A stretch of DNA of 64,000 nucleotides from Vicugna vicugna (taxonomy: Eukaryota), in NCBI GenBank assembly GCA_013265495.1, contig MU057887.1, positions 1,955,576 through 2,019,575 on the forward strand, in the 5' to 3' direction. Numbering within the stretch: the first letter of the stretch is position 1; each line of letters opens with the position of its first letter. Below the pieces are notes generated by a model. The model did no database searches and was not told the DNA's origin. It worked only from the letters and a program-made list of their open reading frames with translations. Shown piece by piece: positions 23,711 through 36,657 of the stretch. The position numbers were made by a program, and so were the translations under genes.

Positions 23711-25666
23711 CCCTGTGTGGCGTGGGAACGGCCTCATCGCTGTCCACCCTGCAAGTCGTGAAGCCCTGAACCTCCTGCGCGGGGAAGGAGACCCCAGGTG
23801 CTTCTCAGCCGTGTGAGTCCCCACAACAGCCGGCTTCAGCTGATGGCCACCACAAGGACAGCAGAGGGCTTGTCACAGTGACTAAGCCCCACTTGAATGA
23901 ATTAGATGCAGTTTTCTCGAAGCAGCCACGTAAGGACACAACGTGACGACCTCAAGGACACTCCGAGTCCTCGTTAAGGAGCTGACGAGGCCCTGGGAGT
24001 GTTCCTCAACTTGGTCCCGGTCCCCTTTGCCGTCCTGACTCTTGAGTCCCATGCAGACCCTGTCCTGGGCTCCCTGCTGTCCCAGGCGCTGAGCCATCGC
24101 AGTGGATGGGCCTCATTCCAGTGGACCAGAGCCCTGATGCTCATCGTGAAACCCTCGGAATACTCCGCAGCATCCCGAGGTCACACTTTGACCCCGGGAT
24201 CTTCACCTGCTCCTTGCATTTACCGACCGCGACCCTGTGCAGGGCTGTGGGTCGCACGCCCGTCCGCTCCTGCTCTGTGCCGAACCTCAGTGCAGCACCT
24301 GCCTCCTGGCCTCGTGTTCGCGGCTCACCTGCGCTTCTCTGGTCTCCACGGCAGCGGAGGGAGGTTTTAACCTGCTTGTGGTGCTTTATCAGGTACAACC
24401 TGTGTCCGGCCTCACTGCTCCTGTGGTGAGGAAGCCCCTCCGAGGTGTCTTGCGTCTCATGTCCCCATGCCTCAGGCCAGGCCCCTGGGGTTCATCACTG
24501 ATCACATTTTGTGAGACGTGAGCCTCCCTGGTCACTGGGGCTGCGTCCTGTGTTTGCTGCAGCTTGGCCTCCAAAGACTGGCCTGAATGCACTCAGGCAA
24601 AGCTGTGTGGGTTCCCGGGCCCCTGCCCCAAATATAAGCTTCTAGATCACCTCTGTAGAAGCTCTGAGAGCACGATGTGGACACTGGTCTGTCTGACACT
24701 TCCAGGATGCTGGCGCCCACCTGCGCTCAGACCAGGATCCGACAGGTGGCCGTGCTGGATGATGGGATGCAGGGCTGGGGGTCCCCAGCCCAGTGCCCAC
24801 TCCCAGGACGATCACGTCCAGCGGGCAGACGGGCCCTCCTGGTTATGTGACACCCGTGTGGGCGCCTAGGACCCAGTGCTCTGTCGGAGCTTCTGGTGGA
24901 GGGTGGGCGACGGGGCAGCTGGTGCCCGGGCTGACATGGTCGGGCGTGTTGGAGAATGGATGGGGGCCCAGGCATGGGTGGGACAGTGGTTTCCAACAGT
25001 GTTTGCAGGAAGGCCTGAACTGGGGTGGCTCTGCTGATGGTGCGGAGGGCCAGGGAGGTCAGGGTGGGCCAGTGCTGAGGAGGGGGAGGTGGCGGGGCCC
25101 GTGCCCAGCTGAATGAGGGGTCTGTGCATGTAACTGCTAGGAACCCACTTCCCTCCCAGTGCCTGGCTTTGAGGGAGGGCGCTGGGCAGTCCACACCCTG
25201 TCACCCACTCTCGACCAGGACGCCGTGGTGCCGAGATCTGGCTAACCTGACAGGGCCCTGCTGGGCGGCTCTGAGAGCAACCTTGAAACATCTGTCTTTT
25301 GCATGAGAAACACCACGAACAGGGAGGTGGGCACAGATTTACAGTGAGGAGGAGGGAGGGGGAAGGAGATACCCCATCCTGGGCTCCCCCCATCCCGAAT
25401 ATCAGGGTGCAGGAAGGATTCAAGAGAGGACATGCAGGGCGCACTGGTGCTGACAGCGAGGGGGCTTAGGCACACGCCAGCCGGGCTCTTTGAGGACAAG
25501 AACACCATTTTCCCTTCACTGCGGGGCTTTCAAATGAATTTATTACAATTAGAGAGAATGCATTAATTCTCACACACGTGTGATTTAAACTTTGGCAGGA
25601 GCAGCCCGGGCAGCTGGGAGCTGAGGGTGGTGAGGACCAGGCTCTGCCCCTCCTCACCCTCCGACC

Positions 25667-25786
25667 CCGGGCCTGGCTTGGTACCCGGTACCCACACCTG
25701 CGGGGGCTCGTCCCCACCTCCGGGCCTGGCTCGGTACCCGGTACCCACACCTGCGGGGCCTCGTCCCCACCTCCGGGCCTGGCTTG
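25667..25786. repeat. Tandem repeat, 53-bp unit x~2.25
   Basis: ccgggcctggc recurs at 25667, 25720 and 25773. Confidence 0.9.
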
Positions 25787-28700
25787 AATCGCGCCACCCG
25801 GGAGGGCTAGGCCGGGACTCAACGCCCTGGGTTCCGGGGCTGGTGCTTCAGCTGAGCCGCTGTCCTGGGTGTCCTTGTCGGCACAACGTGTCGCGTGGAC
25901 TGGATCCGCCCACGTGTTGATTCGCCAGTTCCCTGGACGTCTGTGCTACAGAGGAGGCAAGACACAAAACTTTCCCTGCAGCCTGCACCGCAGCGCTGGC
26001 CACGCGACGCTCCCCTCCCACCGGAACAGATGCATGGAAATGACGGCCCCGAGGCCGAGCCCCCGCCTCGCAGCCCTGGTCTCTGGGGCTCGTGCTGGGA
26101 GCACCTTCTGATACGGACCTGATCTTGATCGTTGGGGGGGGGGGCAGTGTCCCTTTGAGTCCCAAATAACCTGTCCTTGTGTTTCGCCACAGGAGGCTGG
26201 AGGCTGGGGCTGTCTTTCTCCGTGTCCGTCCATCTCTGCCAAGGAGGCCCCCACTGTCTTCCTGGAACGCAGAGCCTTGAGCTTGCAAAAGCTCAGTTGC
26301 TTCCATCACAGAGGGAGGGGCACCAGCCCCGGGGGTTGTAACTCTGCCTCTGGGCAGGAGTCTGGACGGTGTGGGCGACGCGCTAGACCCGGGCAGTTAG
26401 GGGCTGCTTTCCACGGGGGCTGAGGCACAAGACCCTTGAGTCTCTGCCTCCTTCCTGCTCGTCCGGAACTTCGTCTCCTGGGGATGAAAGAGCACACGGC
26501 AGCCTGGTCAGGAGAGGGCGGCCTCCCCTGGGGTGGGAGCCGGAACGGGCGGGGCTCTGGCCCTCACAGGGGGTCTGATGGGGGAGGCGAATTTAATCCA
26601 GGAGTCACACGTGCAGATGTCAAACCCACCCGGGCCAGGGCCGTGAGAGGGACCCAGTGCCGTGGGAATAATGGGGGGAGGGCATCACCAGGAACGTTGA
26701 CGGGGCCCCCAATTGGGCACAGAATATTCCAGAACGAAGGCGTGCTGTGTGCCCACGCCCTGAGCTGCACACAGTGGGGTGGGATTAGGAACCAGGGGCG
26801 GTCAGGCAGAAGTGGAGCCTGGGGCCGGTGAGGCTGGAGGCTTGAAGGTTCCGTCTTCATCCTGGGAGCCCCAGGAGGCTCTCGGAGGAGGGCAGCCCTG
26901 TGATAGGGTTCACGTGTCTTCAGAAGGGCTGCCTGGAGGGGGAGGTGGGCCAGGGCGGGGTTACCTGCTGGGTGGGCAGGACCAGAGACCCCGAGGACAG
27001 GCCCAGACATTTGTGCCTTGAAAACATCACAGGAGGCTGGAATCTTACCTACAGCCTCAGTCATCCCCCGGCTCCCTGGAGAAACCGAGTCACAGAAGAA
27101 AGGGCCACACAGTCAGCGTGAGACCCCACACCCATCTCCTGGCTCAGGGACATTTGTCCCACTAGGAACCCTTCCAGCTCTGAGCTTTGCAGCTCAAGTC
27201 CCCTTCTGTGAGCAACCGAAGTTCCCCCTCCAGGGCCCAGCAGCCCCTCTGCACCGACCACAGCCTGCATCCTGGTCTCCCAGCCTCTGGCCTCAGGCCT
27301 TTCCGCCAGCTGCCCCACAGCGCCACAGAGAACCTGGCTGTGCCGCGGGGGTATGAAATCACCCAGGGACGCCCTCTCTGCCGCCAGACCCTGTGCGTTA
27401 CATCATGTTGGTCCACCACTCTGGGCTTGGCCTCTCCGATGGCCGCACGGTGCCTCCCCCGCCCACCGCCTCCTGGCCGGGGCCGGGCGCATGCAGACGC
27501 CTGGAAGATGCCTTTCTTTAGGCCTCGTGCTTGGCGACGTCTCTTCTCCGTCTGGCACGGCTCCTGGGCTTCCTGCAGCCTCAGCCCCGCCAGGACTGCC
27601 TCCCAGCCTCCCTCTCCCGCCACGCGGGGTCTGGGCGTGGCCTCTGGGTCCCACCGCACGCTGCTTACTCTCCAAGAGGCCTCCCCATCGGCAGACACGG
27701 CCGAGGAGGTGCTGGGGGATTGGGACGGAGGCGATGAGTGAGCGGACCTGTGGGGCCTCCAACTCACTCGGACCGTAAGTCTGGGCGCTCTCCCCTGTGG
27801 AGCCTTGCGGAGCCCCCCTTCAATCCCTCCCACCCCACGGGCGCCCGGGCACGAGAGCAGGGCCTGAGGGAGCACAGGCGGCGTCTCGCCAGGATCCGGG
27901 ACGACACATCTTTCCTTCCGATCGCGGACAGTGTCTGCAGTATTTCGTAACTGGTGCGATGAACAGACCCGATTTTCCAAGGTGTTCGGGAGGAACTCAG
28001 TTTTAAAGACCACGTCCTAACAAGCGGAACGGGGGAATCTGCTGAGAGCCGCCGCCGCTCGCTGTCGGGAAATGTGCCGGAGTCATGGCTGATTGTTTGT
28101 GAAGAGGGTCCCGCTGCCCACCGCGCGGGAGATGGGGATGCACGCTTATTGAACATGTTTCTGAGGTTTAATTTCGAGAGAAGGATTCGTTTCATGTAAC
28201 TGTGTCCTCTGAAGGGCTGCCAGCGCAGGGCCACCTGTGGGGGCCTTTCTCCTGACGCCACAGGGGCCGCGGCTGTGCCGGCGAGGGTGGGAGAGGAGGC
28301 ACACGGTGGGGACGCGGGGTGGCGTCCGTCCCCAGTGCTAAGCCGGCCTTTGGGCTGCTGACACCAGTTTTGCACCCTTGACCCGTGGGGTCGGATGTTC
28401 ACTGTATCCACGGGGAGTCCTGGGGGCATGACTTTCGTGGCGGCAGAGAAGAGCTGGCTTATCAGGACTGTGCGCCCTTAAGGGCCTCCAGAACCACTGA
28501 GCCCTGTCCTGTTTTCATGGGGGTCTCTAGAGGGGAGAGGGCCCCAGAGCTCCCCAAGAGGGCGGGGTGAGCTGGAGGCACTGCCGGGCTGCCCGGGGCC
28601 CTGCCCACCACGGGGGGCTCTCCTGACCGCGCGGCCCGAGTCCTGGGCTTGGGAGTATCGGCCAAAGTAGCCCCCCTGGGGGCTCCCTGTGGGCGGCTCC

Positions 28701-28827
28701 CCCCTAGCCTTAAGCCTCAGTTCACGTCACCTGCATCCAGGGATCCCTCCTCCCTTCCACCGTGGGCAGACCAAGGTGACCCTTTCCTGTGGTGCCCCCA
28801 GATCCCCTGGGTTGCTGTTTTACAACA

Positions 28828-28910
28828 AGATGGTAAATTTTATGTATGTTACCACAATTTTTTTATAAAAGAAAGAAAATTTAAAAAAACACCAATAAAC
28901 AGAAAAAGAT
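28828..28910 (+). mobile_element. Extreme 3' end of an L1MB/MC-type element with A-rich tail
   Basis: agatggtaaattttatgtatgttaccacaattttttt, similar to 12801-12838. Confidence 0.6.
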
Positions 28911-29867
28911 AGTTCAGATGATTCTCTCAGGGCTTAGACATCAGTTTGAAATTTGTTAAAACACTTAACAAGGCCTTTTTGCAGGTGGAGAGTGGCCCGT
29001 GTGACCTCCATTATGAACAATGTAAAGGGTGCAGTGCAGGATGGAGTGATGGCTGTGCTTGAGCAAGCCACACCTGAAGGTGTCTTTACTCTAAAGGAGC
29101 TTCCTAGGGGAAAGGTGCTCCAGGGAGGCAGGCAGATGCTGGCAGTGCCAGGCCTGTCTGCATGGATGGACTCTGACTTGGGTCCCCGAAGACAGAAATG
29201 CTTTTGAATCCACCTTCTAATGGGGCCTCCTAACTCCCATGGTTTTCTACCATACTTCTGGCCAACATGGAACTCTGGGCAGCTCTGAATCCTTTTGGGA
29301 AACAGCTCAGAGGGAGCTCAGCTGGTATGTTAGGTTAAAGCTGGCTTCAGAAATGATGGCCAGATCCCTGCCATGCTGACATCAAAGACCATCAGAGGTG
29401 CTGGCTCTCGGGAGGTGCCGAGCTCCCCCGTGGGGGTCTGGAGAGCATGCACGGCTCGCCGGATGCTGGCCTCAGCTTCTCCCTGGACCGTGCCTTACAC
29501 CCATGTTGGATTACCCCCACCAGCCACCTGAAGTTCTCTGCAGGGATTCTGCTTCCAGAGCCAGCGGTGAGGATGGAAACAGAGCTGAAAGCTGCCATCC
29601 TCCAGGAGACCCGGGCATCCCCGTTCCCTGGGTCCTGCCGAGATGAGAAGCGCGGGGGCCCCTCCGCGTCCCTGGGGCTCTGCCTGTGCTCTCCCCTGGC
29701 AGGAGCCTGACACCCCACCCTCTTCTCGGGCTCGCCTCCCTTCACCCCCAGGTTTGCACCTGCTCGCTCCACCCAAGGTTGGCCCTGGTTTTCACCACCA
29801 AAGCCTGGGGTACCGGGCCTGCCCAGGACCAGGCATACGTTAGGGGCAGGCTGGAGGGGAAGCCCAC

Positions 29868-30340
29868 GTGTTGGGGGAGGAATAAGGACCCCAGAGATGC
29901 TCATGTCCTAGTCCCCGGAAAGTGTGCCTTCGTTTCCTTACAGGGCAAAGGGACTCTGCAGACATGACTCAGTTCAGGGCCTCGAGATGGGGAGGCGGTC
30001 CTGGGCTATCTGGCGGGTCCAAAGTCACACGCATCCTCGTGAGAGGGAAGCAAGAGGGTCAGTGTCAGAGGGGGAGATGTGATGACGGACGCAGAGAGAT
30101 CTGAAGACGCTGCACTGCTGGTTCTGAGGACGGCAGAAGGGGCACCACCCAAGAGGCTGGAAGGGGCCAGGAGGCAGGCCCTCCCCAGGAGACTCCAGAA
30201 GGAGCCGGCCCCGGTGCACCCTGACTTCAGTGAGGCCCAGGTCAGACTCAGCCTCCAGAGCTTCGAGATGCAACATTTGTGGGGCTGAAGTGGCTGAGTG
30301 TGTGGTCTTTTGTTGGCAGCAGTGGGAGGTCTTGGCCGCT
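29868..30340 (+). mobile_element. MLT1D-like LTR
   Basis: ccccagagatgctcatgtcctagtccccggaa...ggcaaagggactctgcaga...gcctccagagct...ttgttggcagcagt. Confidence 0.85.
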
Positions 30341-30343
30341 CAC

Positions 30344-30362
30344 TGCTGCCCCCTGGTGGCCA
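30344..30362 (-). promoter_or_regulatory. CTCF binding motif
   Basis: Reverse complement TGGCCACCAGGGGGCAGCA matches the CTCF core consensus. Confidence 0.6.
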
Positions 30363-30724
30363 TGCCTGCTACTCCTGGTCATCCCGGGTTCCCTCCCCCG
30401 TGCCGGGTTCCCTGGGCGCACACCATGTGCTCACGTTCCTGCCCATCGTGCCCTCCAGTCCTCATGGCGAGAGCCAGGCCATCCTGTCCCTATTGGTCTG
30501 GGGCCTGGGGAAGCTGAGTGGCATCTCGGGTCCCAGAGGCGTTCAGTCCAAGAGCAGAGCTTTGAACTCAGATCTGTCTGAACACCAATATCGCGTTACA
30601 GCTGCCATGGGAGGGACGGGGTCTCCCCACCCCATTCTCCTGTTCTAGGCTCACAAAGGGCGGAGCAGCACCAGCCCTGGGTGGGGGTGGCGGGGGTGTG
30701 GTGGGAGGGGAACATGTGGAGGGA

Positions 30725-30850
30725 AGGGAACTTGTTGGAAATGCAGACTCTCAGGGCCCGCCCAGACTGGCTGCAGCAGATCTGGGGATCGGCGCGGGGT
30801 CTGTTTCTCTAGGTGGGGCCGCTGTGTGCTCGAGTCTGAGGGTAGCTTGG
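30725..30850 (+). mobile_element. MER5A (hAT-Charlie) fragment
   Basis: gggaacttgttggaaatgcagactctcagggcccgcccagac. Confidence 0.7.
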
Positions 30851-31949
30851 ACTGTGCCCAGTCCCCTGTGGGGCTCAGCCGACCTCTCACACACCCCCTT
30901 ATCTGTTGATCCCTCTAGCTCCGAGCGCAGCCCCGGCCGAGGTCTGGAAGCCCTGCGTTAATTAACAGCTTTATCTCAAAAAGTCATTCTCTCTCTGTCC
31001 AAGCACAGAGAGCGTCTCAGACAATCTCTTCTAGAAAACAAGAGCTTTGCACGTCAACTTGGCCAAGGGGAGAAGATTTGTTAGAAAATCTGAAAAAGGA
31101 GGAAAGGGCAGGTGAGAGTGTTCACTCACTGGGCAACTGAGTGCTGTCAGCGAGGCCCACGTGCTCGCAGTGGAGACACAGGGGGATCTGACAGTGTCCC
31201 TGCCCTTGAGAACTCGAGTCAGGAGCCCCCCCCCATGCACACCGGCCTGCCTGGCATCTGCCTGCCTCCCAGGGGTGCCCTCCCTCGGTGAAACATTCTT
31301 TAGAGCAATGGTGCCTTCAGGTCTGGCTTGCTCAGGCATGGCCCTTGCTCTGTTCTGTGCTGCACCCTTGTGATCATTGGCTGATGGCCCCGATCACAGT
31401 GGCGGCCACCTGGACGGCCATCCACCTGCAACTGAGCGTTGCTTAGTGTTTTCACAAAATCTCAAAGCAATGTGTAAACCCTGAGAGGGTTCAATTGCAC
31501 TCTGTATTTCTTTGGTTTTCTGCTGAGAAATGAAGAGATTGGGCCGTCCTTGAGCTGGATGTGCATGGAGTGCAGCCCGCTGGAAGTAAGTAGCCTGTCC
31601 CCTGGAAGCGCCAGTGTCTCTGGTTCTTCATGGTCTGCACTACTCCCTGGGCTCCTGTGTCAGCCCCCGTCCTGCACTCCCGGGTCTGCCACGTCCTCCC
31701 TAGGAGCCTGGGGGCCAACGGGAGTGGGCAGGAACTGGGGGGCTTCCTGGAGCGGTGAGGTGTGGATCCTTGGTAGCACTGGGGTGCAGCAGGAGCGGGG
31801 AAGGACAGTCGAGGGCACGCTGATGGTCCCGGGAGGATGGGAAGGTCGCTGACGCACTGTGGCAGGTCTGGGTCCCTGGGGTGATGGCAGGAGCATGTCC
31901 TTGGGGGGAGGGGACAGGTGGGCCTGGCCTCCCATCTCCACGATGCTTG

Positions 31950-32110
31950 TTACTGTCTGCAGGACCTTGGGTGGTTATTCACCTTTCCTGAGTCTCAGTG
32001 TTCTCGTCTGTAGAATGGGGTAGATTCTGCTTTAGGGCCTCGGTGCGGCTTAAGCTGTAATGTCTGTGGGGCCCCAAGCTGGGTTCCTCGAACACCGTAA
32101 GTGCTCACAA
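31950..32110 (+). mobile_element. MIR fragment
   Basis: ctgagtctcagtgttctcgtctgtagaatgggg...cgtaagtgctca. Confidence 0.7.
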
Positions 32111-33745
32111 ACCAAAACCAAACCCGGCCCTCTCCTCCCTCCTCCGTCTTCATCTCCTTCCCGGTATGAGAGTGAGGGGTGGGACTCTCCTTGTGGTCCA
32201 TCCCATCCTCAGACGGACGTGGCCACAGTTGGTCCAGGTATCTGGACCTGGATCTCCTCACGTTGTCCTCTGGTGGATGCAGGGGGGGTCATCCTGTCCA
32301 GACCCACATGCTCTCATTTTCTCACTTGAAGCCACCCCGAAGCGGGCCAGGGGCCCAGGGAGTGTAGCCCGCCCACCCGCAGAGCGCCCTGGGGCTCTGA
32401 GCTTCCTCACCCGAGTGCAGGAACGTGCGTCCCCACGCGTCCATCCCCAGGCTCCGGGTGTGACCAGCGCCTGGGGGGTGGCCGCCCCACGCGCCCTGGG
32501 CTTGGGTGGCTGGTGCCCAGCGCCCCGGCTCCTGGGCCTGAGAGGACAGCCTCCCCCGGCCCCCACGGCTCCCGCGCCGGGATGCTGTTTGTCCACACCC
32601 GTGGCGTCACTCAGAGATGGATTGGCCTCAATGCCAGAGCCCAAAAACAAATAAATATTTGTTCCAGAAACTCCAGTGATGTCAGGTTTTATTGTAAGTA
32701 CATTTGGTGAGTGGCAGGCGATAAATCTTGCCTGTGTTAAGATTCTCCCGGCTCCGAGCCCGAGCCCCTGACTGCCTGTCATGCTGGTGTGTGGCTCTGT
32801 CATGCAGGCCCTGCCGCCCTCGTGTCTCGGCTCCATCCTGGCAGGAGGCCTCTCAGTCCCCTCCTGCCTCGGCGAAGACCCCTTTCCCCTGCCCCTTCCG
32901 GCACAGGAGTGAAGCCTCTTTGGATAAACAGGCACCAAGGCGACAGTTCATCCCTGAGCCCCCTTCCTGCCTCGAGCCGGGGGCCACGAGGCTGCTGGTC
33001 CCCAGGTGTGCACCCAGGTGGGCTCCCGAGATGCTCCACGTCACCACTGCCAAGGTCCGCTGGGAAAGGCAACCTTCCCCACCTCCCTTCTGTTGGGGAG
33101 TCCAAGTCCCTCAGTGCCCAGCAGTGCTGTGTCCGCGGGAAAGCCCTGAGCTCCTGGACGGCCCGGGACGCGGCGGCTGCTCTGACTCGGCTCGACGTCT
33201 CCCGCTGCTCGCCTGCGTTTGCTCTAGGCACATTCCTTGAGAAGCTCTGGAATTCAGGCCCACAGTGCGGGACCTTCCATGAACACAGCTGATGCGTTGA
33301 CTCAGCAAAGTGTCTACTGCGTTCCTACCGTGTGAACGGCGGGGCTCATCCTGCTGGGGCTGCCGGCTTCTGCTCCTCTGGGGCTGATGCGCGCGCCCCG
33401 CCCATGGGTGGGGTCTTGCTAGGGAATCTTGGGCGCTGTCTGAATGCTGGTCCGGAGGGGCCAGAGGCAAGTGGACATGAGGGTCGGTCCCCCTGGTGAG
33501 GAGCAAGGAGGGAGCTGAGGCTGCATCCTGGGGATGAACGCTGGCCGCTGGGCCACCCAGAAGTTGGTGATTCTGTTTCCACGCTCTGTAGGGTAACTTT
33601 CCGTCTTCCTCTGGCAAGTTCCCTGTCCCCTCCCCATGAATGTAGGCGGCAGAGTTCAGCGGTCAGAAGCACCTGGAGATGGGCTGGCTGAACTGTAGGG
33701 TGTGTGCCCTTTGTTAGGTACTGCCGGAGGTCACAGCTCACACGG

Positions 33746-33845
33746 CCCCAGTTTACAGATGAGACAGTCGAGGCACATGGAGGCTAAATAGCCCGCCCAA
33801 GGTCACGTGGCTGAGAAGCGGCAGAGCCTAGGTGTAAAGCCGGGC
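33746..33845 (-). mobile_element. MIR fragment
   Basis: ccccagtttacagatgagacagtcgaggcac...gcccaaggtcac. Confidence 0.75.
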
Positions 33846-34074
33846 CATCCCATTCGAGGCAGAGAGAGACACTGCAGGTTCTGCGCCCGGGGGCCCTCCA
33901 AGGTCCTCACCCACTGTCTCTGCCACCAGCATGCACACAAAGTCAATCCTGCCACACCCTCAGCCACGCGTGGTACGGTCGCCTGGGCCCGCTGCCCGTC
34001 TGAGGGACACCCGGGAGCTTAGTGGGCACTTCCCTGGTGGTTAGCGACCGTGGGCGTCCCTCCATGTTTGATGC

Positions 34075-34453
34075 CATGATGGTGAGTTCATGCATCCTCG
34101 GAGCTGTTGTCCCCAGGAGTTTAACCGCACCACACCCAGGAGCTGCTGTGAGGGTGTTCTGTAGATGCGGGGAGTCTGCAGCCTGGAGACTTTAAGTGAA
34201 GGACGTTCTTGGGGACTGTGGGTGGGCCTCACCCAATCAGTTGAAGGCACTGTGAGGAAACACTGTGTTTTCCCAGAAAAGGAGAAATTCTCCATGAAGA
34301 CTGCAGTGTTGACTCCTGCCTCGGGTCCCACTTGCTGGCCCACAGAGCGGATTTCAGACTTGTCGGCTCCATGACTGTGCAAGCTGGTTCCTCAAAATAA
34401 ATGGTACGGACTCCTTATGGGCTCTGTGTCCCTAGAGAGCTCGGACTGATGCA
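34075..34453 (+). mobile_element. MLT2D-like LTR
   Basis: gtgggtgggcctcacccaatcagttgaaggc...ttcctcaaaataaat...gactgatgca. Confidence 0.8.
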
Positions 34454-34572
34454 GTGGCCACCCACGCTTTCTCTTCTGTGACTTGCCTGTTGCATCTTGA
34501 CATATTCCAAGTGCTGCCACCCAGTCAGTTACGTTAGTTGGAATAGCATGTCCCAGGTTATGATTATGCAAT

Positions 34573-34646
34573 TTTTATGCTATTTTTTGAAAACAAAAAT
34601 TATGCTATTTGAAAAAAATTATGCTATTCTTTGAAAACAAAATTAT
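34573..34646. repeat. Short AT-rich tandem repeat (ttatgctatt...gaaaa x3)
   Basis: Direct read. Confidence 0.8.
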
Positions 34647-35024
34647 CTTCCTTTATAGCTTGTGGGTTTGTGTGTGTGTGTGTGCGCACGCGTACGTGTG
34701 TGTTGTTAAGACATTGCTGCCTTTAGATCCTAAAGATATTCTCCCAGATTTTCTCTTAAAAACTTTCGCAGTTTGCTTTCTACCATTTAGGTCTTTCATC
34801 TGACAGAACGGATTTGTGTGTGCTGTGTGGGGTTGGGGTCGTGCCGGGTGCAGCCCCTCCTGGGTGTCACTGACGATTCATGGCAGACACCAGCACTGGC
34901 CACCGAGCAGAGACTGGCGCCGAGGGCTTCTGGCCAGTATTCCGCTTCTGTGGTGAGGGCAGCGCGGCGGGGTTGGTGACGTGGGAAGACCCTTCCCAGG
35001 AGAGGCTGTTAGACTGTGGAATGT

Positions 35025-35260
35025 GCCTTTTTTTTTTATTGGACTGTAGTCGGTTTGTGATGTTATCTAGTTTCATGTGTACAGCATAGTGATTCATTCA
35101 CACACGTGTATTCCTCTTCAGATTCTCTTCCATTACAGGCCATTACAAGACACTGACTAGGGTTCCCTGTGCTGTATGGTAGGACGTCGTTTATTTATTT
35201 TATATATAGTAATTCGTATCTGCAAATTCTGAACTCCCAATTTATCCCTCCACCCTCCCT
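35025..35260 (-). mobile_element. Artiodactyl-type L1 3' end
   Basis: acagcatagtgattca...gttccctgtgctgtatggtagg...aactcccaatttatccctcc. Confidence 0.8.
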
Positions 35261-35849
35261 TGGCGTGTGTCTTCTTAAAGGAGATTTTCTTCAACCATAT
35301 GAAGTATTTATGCTGGGATCTCAACGTGGTGTGATTGGAGGCCTAAGTGCCCCAGAGCTCAGCCCCGCTCACGGTCCAGCCTGACTTCTACAGGATCGGC
35401 TGGGACCGTACCATTGAACTTACGAAAACCAGCTGTTCCTGCCATGAAATAGTTCGGCCAAGCCTCCAGCCCCACCTGAGCAGGACTGTGTCAGGCTTCA
35501 GATATTTTTTTTTTGTGTGCGTGAACACTCACTCCAGCAACATTTACAAAATAACTCATTTGTTCCCTCCCGGTGTGTGCTTTGCCTTGCCGTGCGCAGG
35601 GCTGATGCTGATTGGATGTTGGGTGTTGTATATGGAAAACTGCGGAACCGGTTTTAAGCCTGGAATCTTTATCACCTTCCTCTGGAGAAGGTTTCCTGCG
35701 TGTCTGGCCAGAATCAGGGGCTCTCGGAGCCCAGGATCCCCTTCCTCCGCTCCTGGGGCCTGGGCGGTTCCGAGCTGGGCTCTCGTCCCTGGGACGGCTC
35801 TGTTCTTTCTTCTCCAGGTATCGGGGAAGGAGAGGGGTCCCCGGCACCC

Positions 35850-36200
35850 TGTTAACTTCAGGTTTCCGTTGGCAGGTGAGTCTGTTTCTGTGTGGCGTGT
35901 CCTGTTCCAGTGGCTTACTTTCTGTCCCCGTGCTCACACCACACTCCTCCGACTGCGCTGCCCTTCGGTGGGACAGAGCCCGTCCCGTTTTCTCCTTCAG
36001 CATCTCCTTAGCCGGCGCCGAGGCTGTGCTCCACCAGGTGAGTTCTAAGGTGAGCTGATCAGGTTCCCCGAAGCACTTTGCTGACGTTTGCTTGGGGCTG
36101 TGACAAGAGCGTGCCTTGGCTTCGGGGAACGGCGCCCTGCCGCTGGGGCCCTTTCCGTGCGGGAGCGCAGCACACTTCCCGGCTGAGCTGCAGTGTCATG
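35850..36200 (-). mobile_element. Old L1 ORF2 fragment, GC-shifted
   Basis: ccaggtgagttctaaggtgagctgatcaggttcccc resembles antisense ORF2 (ccatatgaattttagaatcagcttgtcaagttcc). Confidence 0.45.
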
Positions 36201-36234
36201 CTTGTCTTGCTTATCTGTTCTTCACAAAAAAATA

Positions 36235-36657
36235 GGTTTTATTTTTTAAAATAGTTTCAGCTTTACAGAAGAACTTAGCAGAGAGTATGTAGAGTCCTCA
36301 CATACCTCTTCCCCGTTTTCATAACCTTGCGTTAGCGTGCCACATTTGTTACCACTGATGAACCAACACAGATACACTGTTGTCCACTCAAGCCCCTGGT
36401 TACACAAAGGTTCACTCTATGTTGTACGTTCTGTGGGTCTGGACAAACATGCGATTTCATGTATCCACTGTTACAATCTCATGCAGACTAGCTTCCCTGC
36501 CCTAAAAATCCTGTGTTTTGCTTATTTGTTCTTTCTTCTTGCCTCCCTCCAACCCCTGGCAACCACTAACTTTTTTTTTTCAAATGTACAGCTTTGCCTT
36601 TTCCAGAATGTCCTATGGTTGGAATCATGCAGCTTGCACCATTTTCGGATTGGCTTC
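36235..36657 (-). mobile_element. L1MC/MD-type 3' UTR
   Basis: cacatttgttaccactgatgaaccaacac, tgccttttccagaatgtcctatggttggaatcat. Confidence 0.75.

Noticed and set aside
27162..28013. 283-aa minus-strand ORF (longest in the window)
   Set aside because: No recognisable domain; Arg/Gly/Pro/Ser-rich composition and overlapping open frames are typical of GC-rich non-coding DNA
28953..29207. 84-aa ORF with protein-like composition
   Set aside because: Non-ATG start, no recognisable family; kept only as a possible non-coding exon
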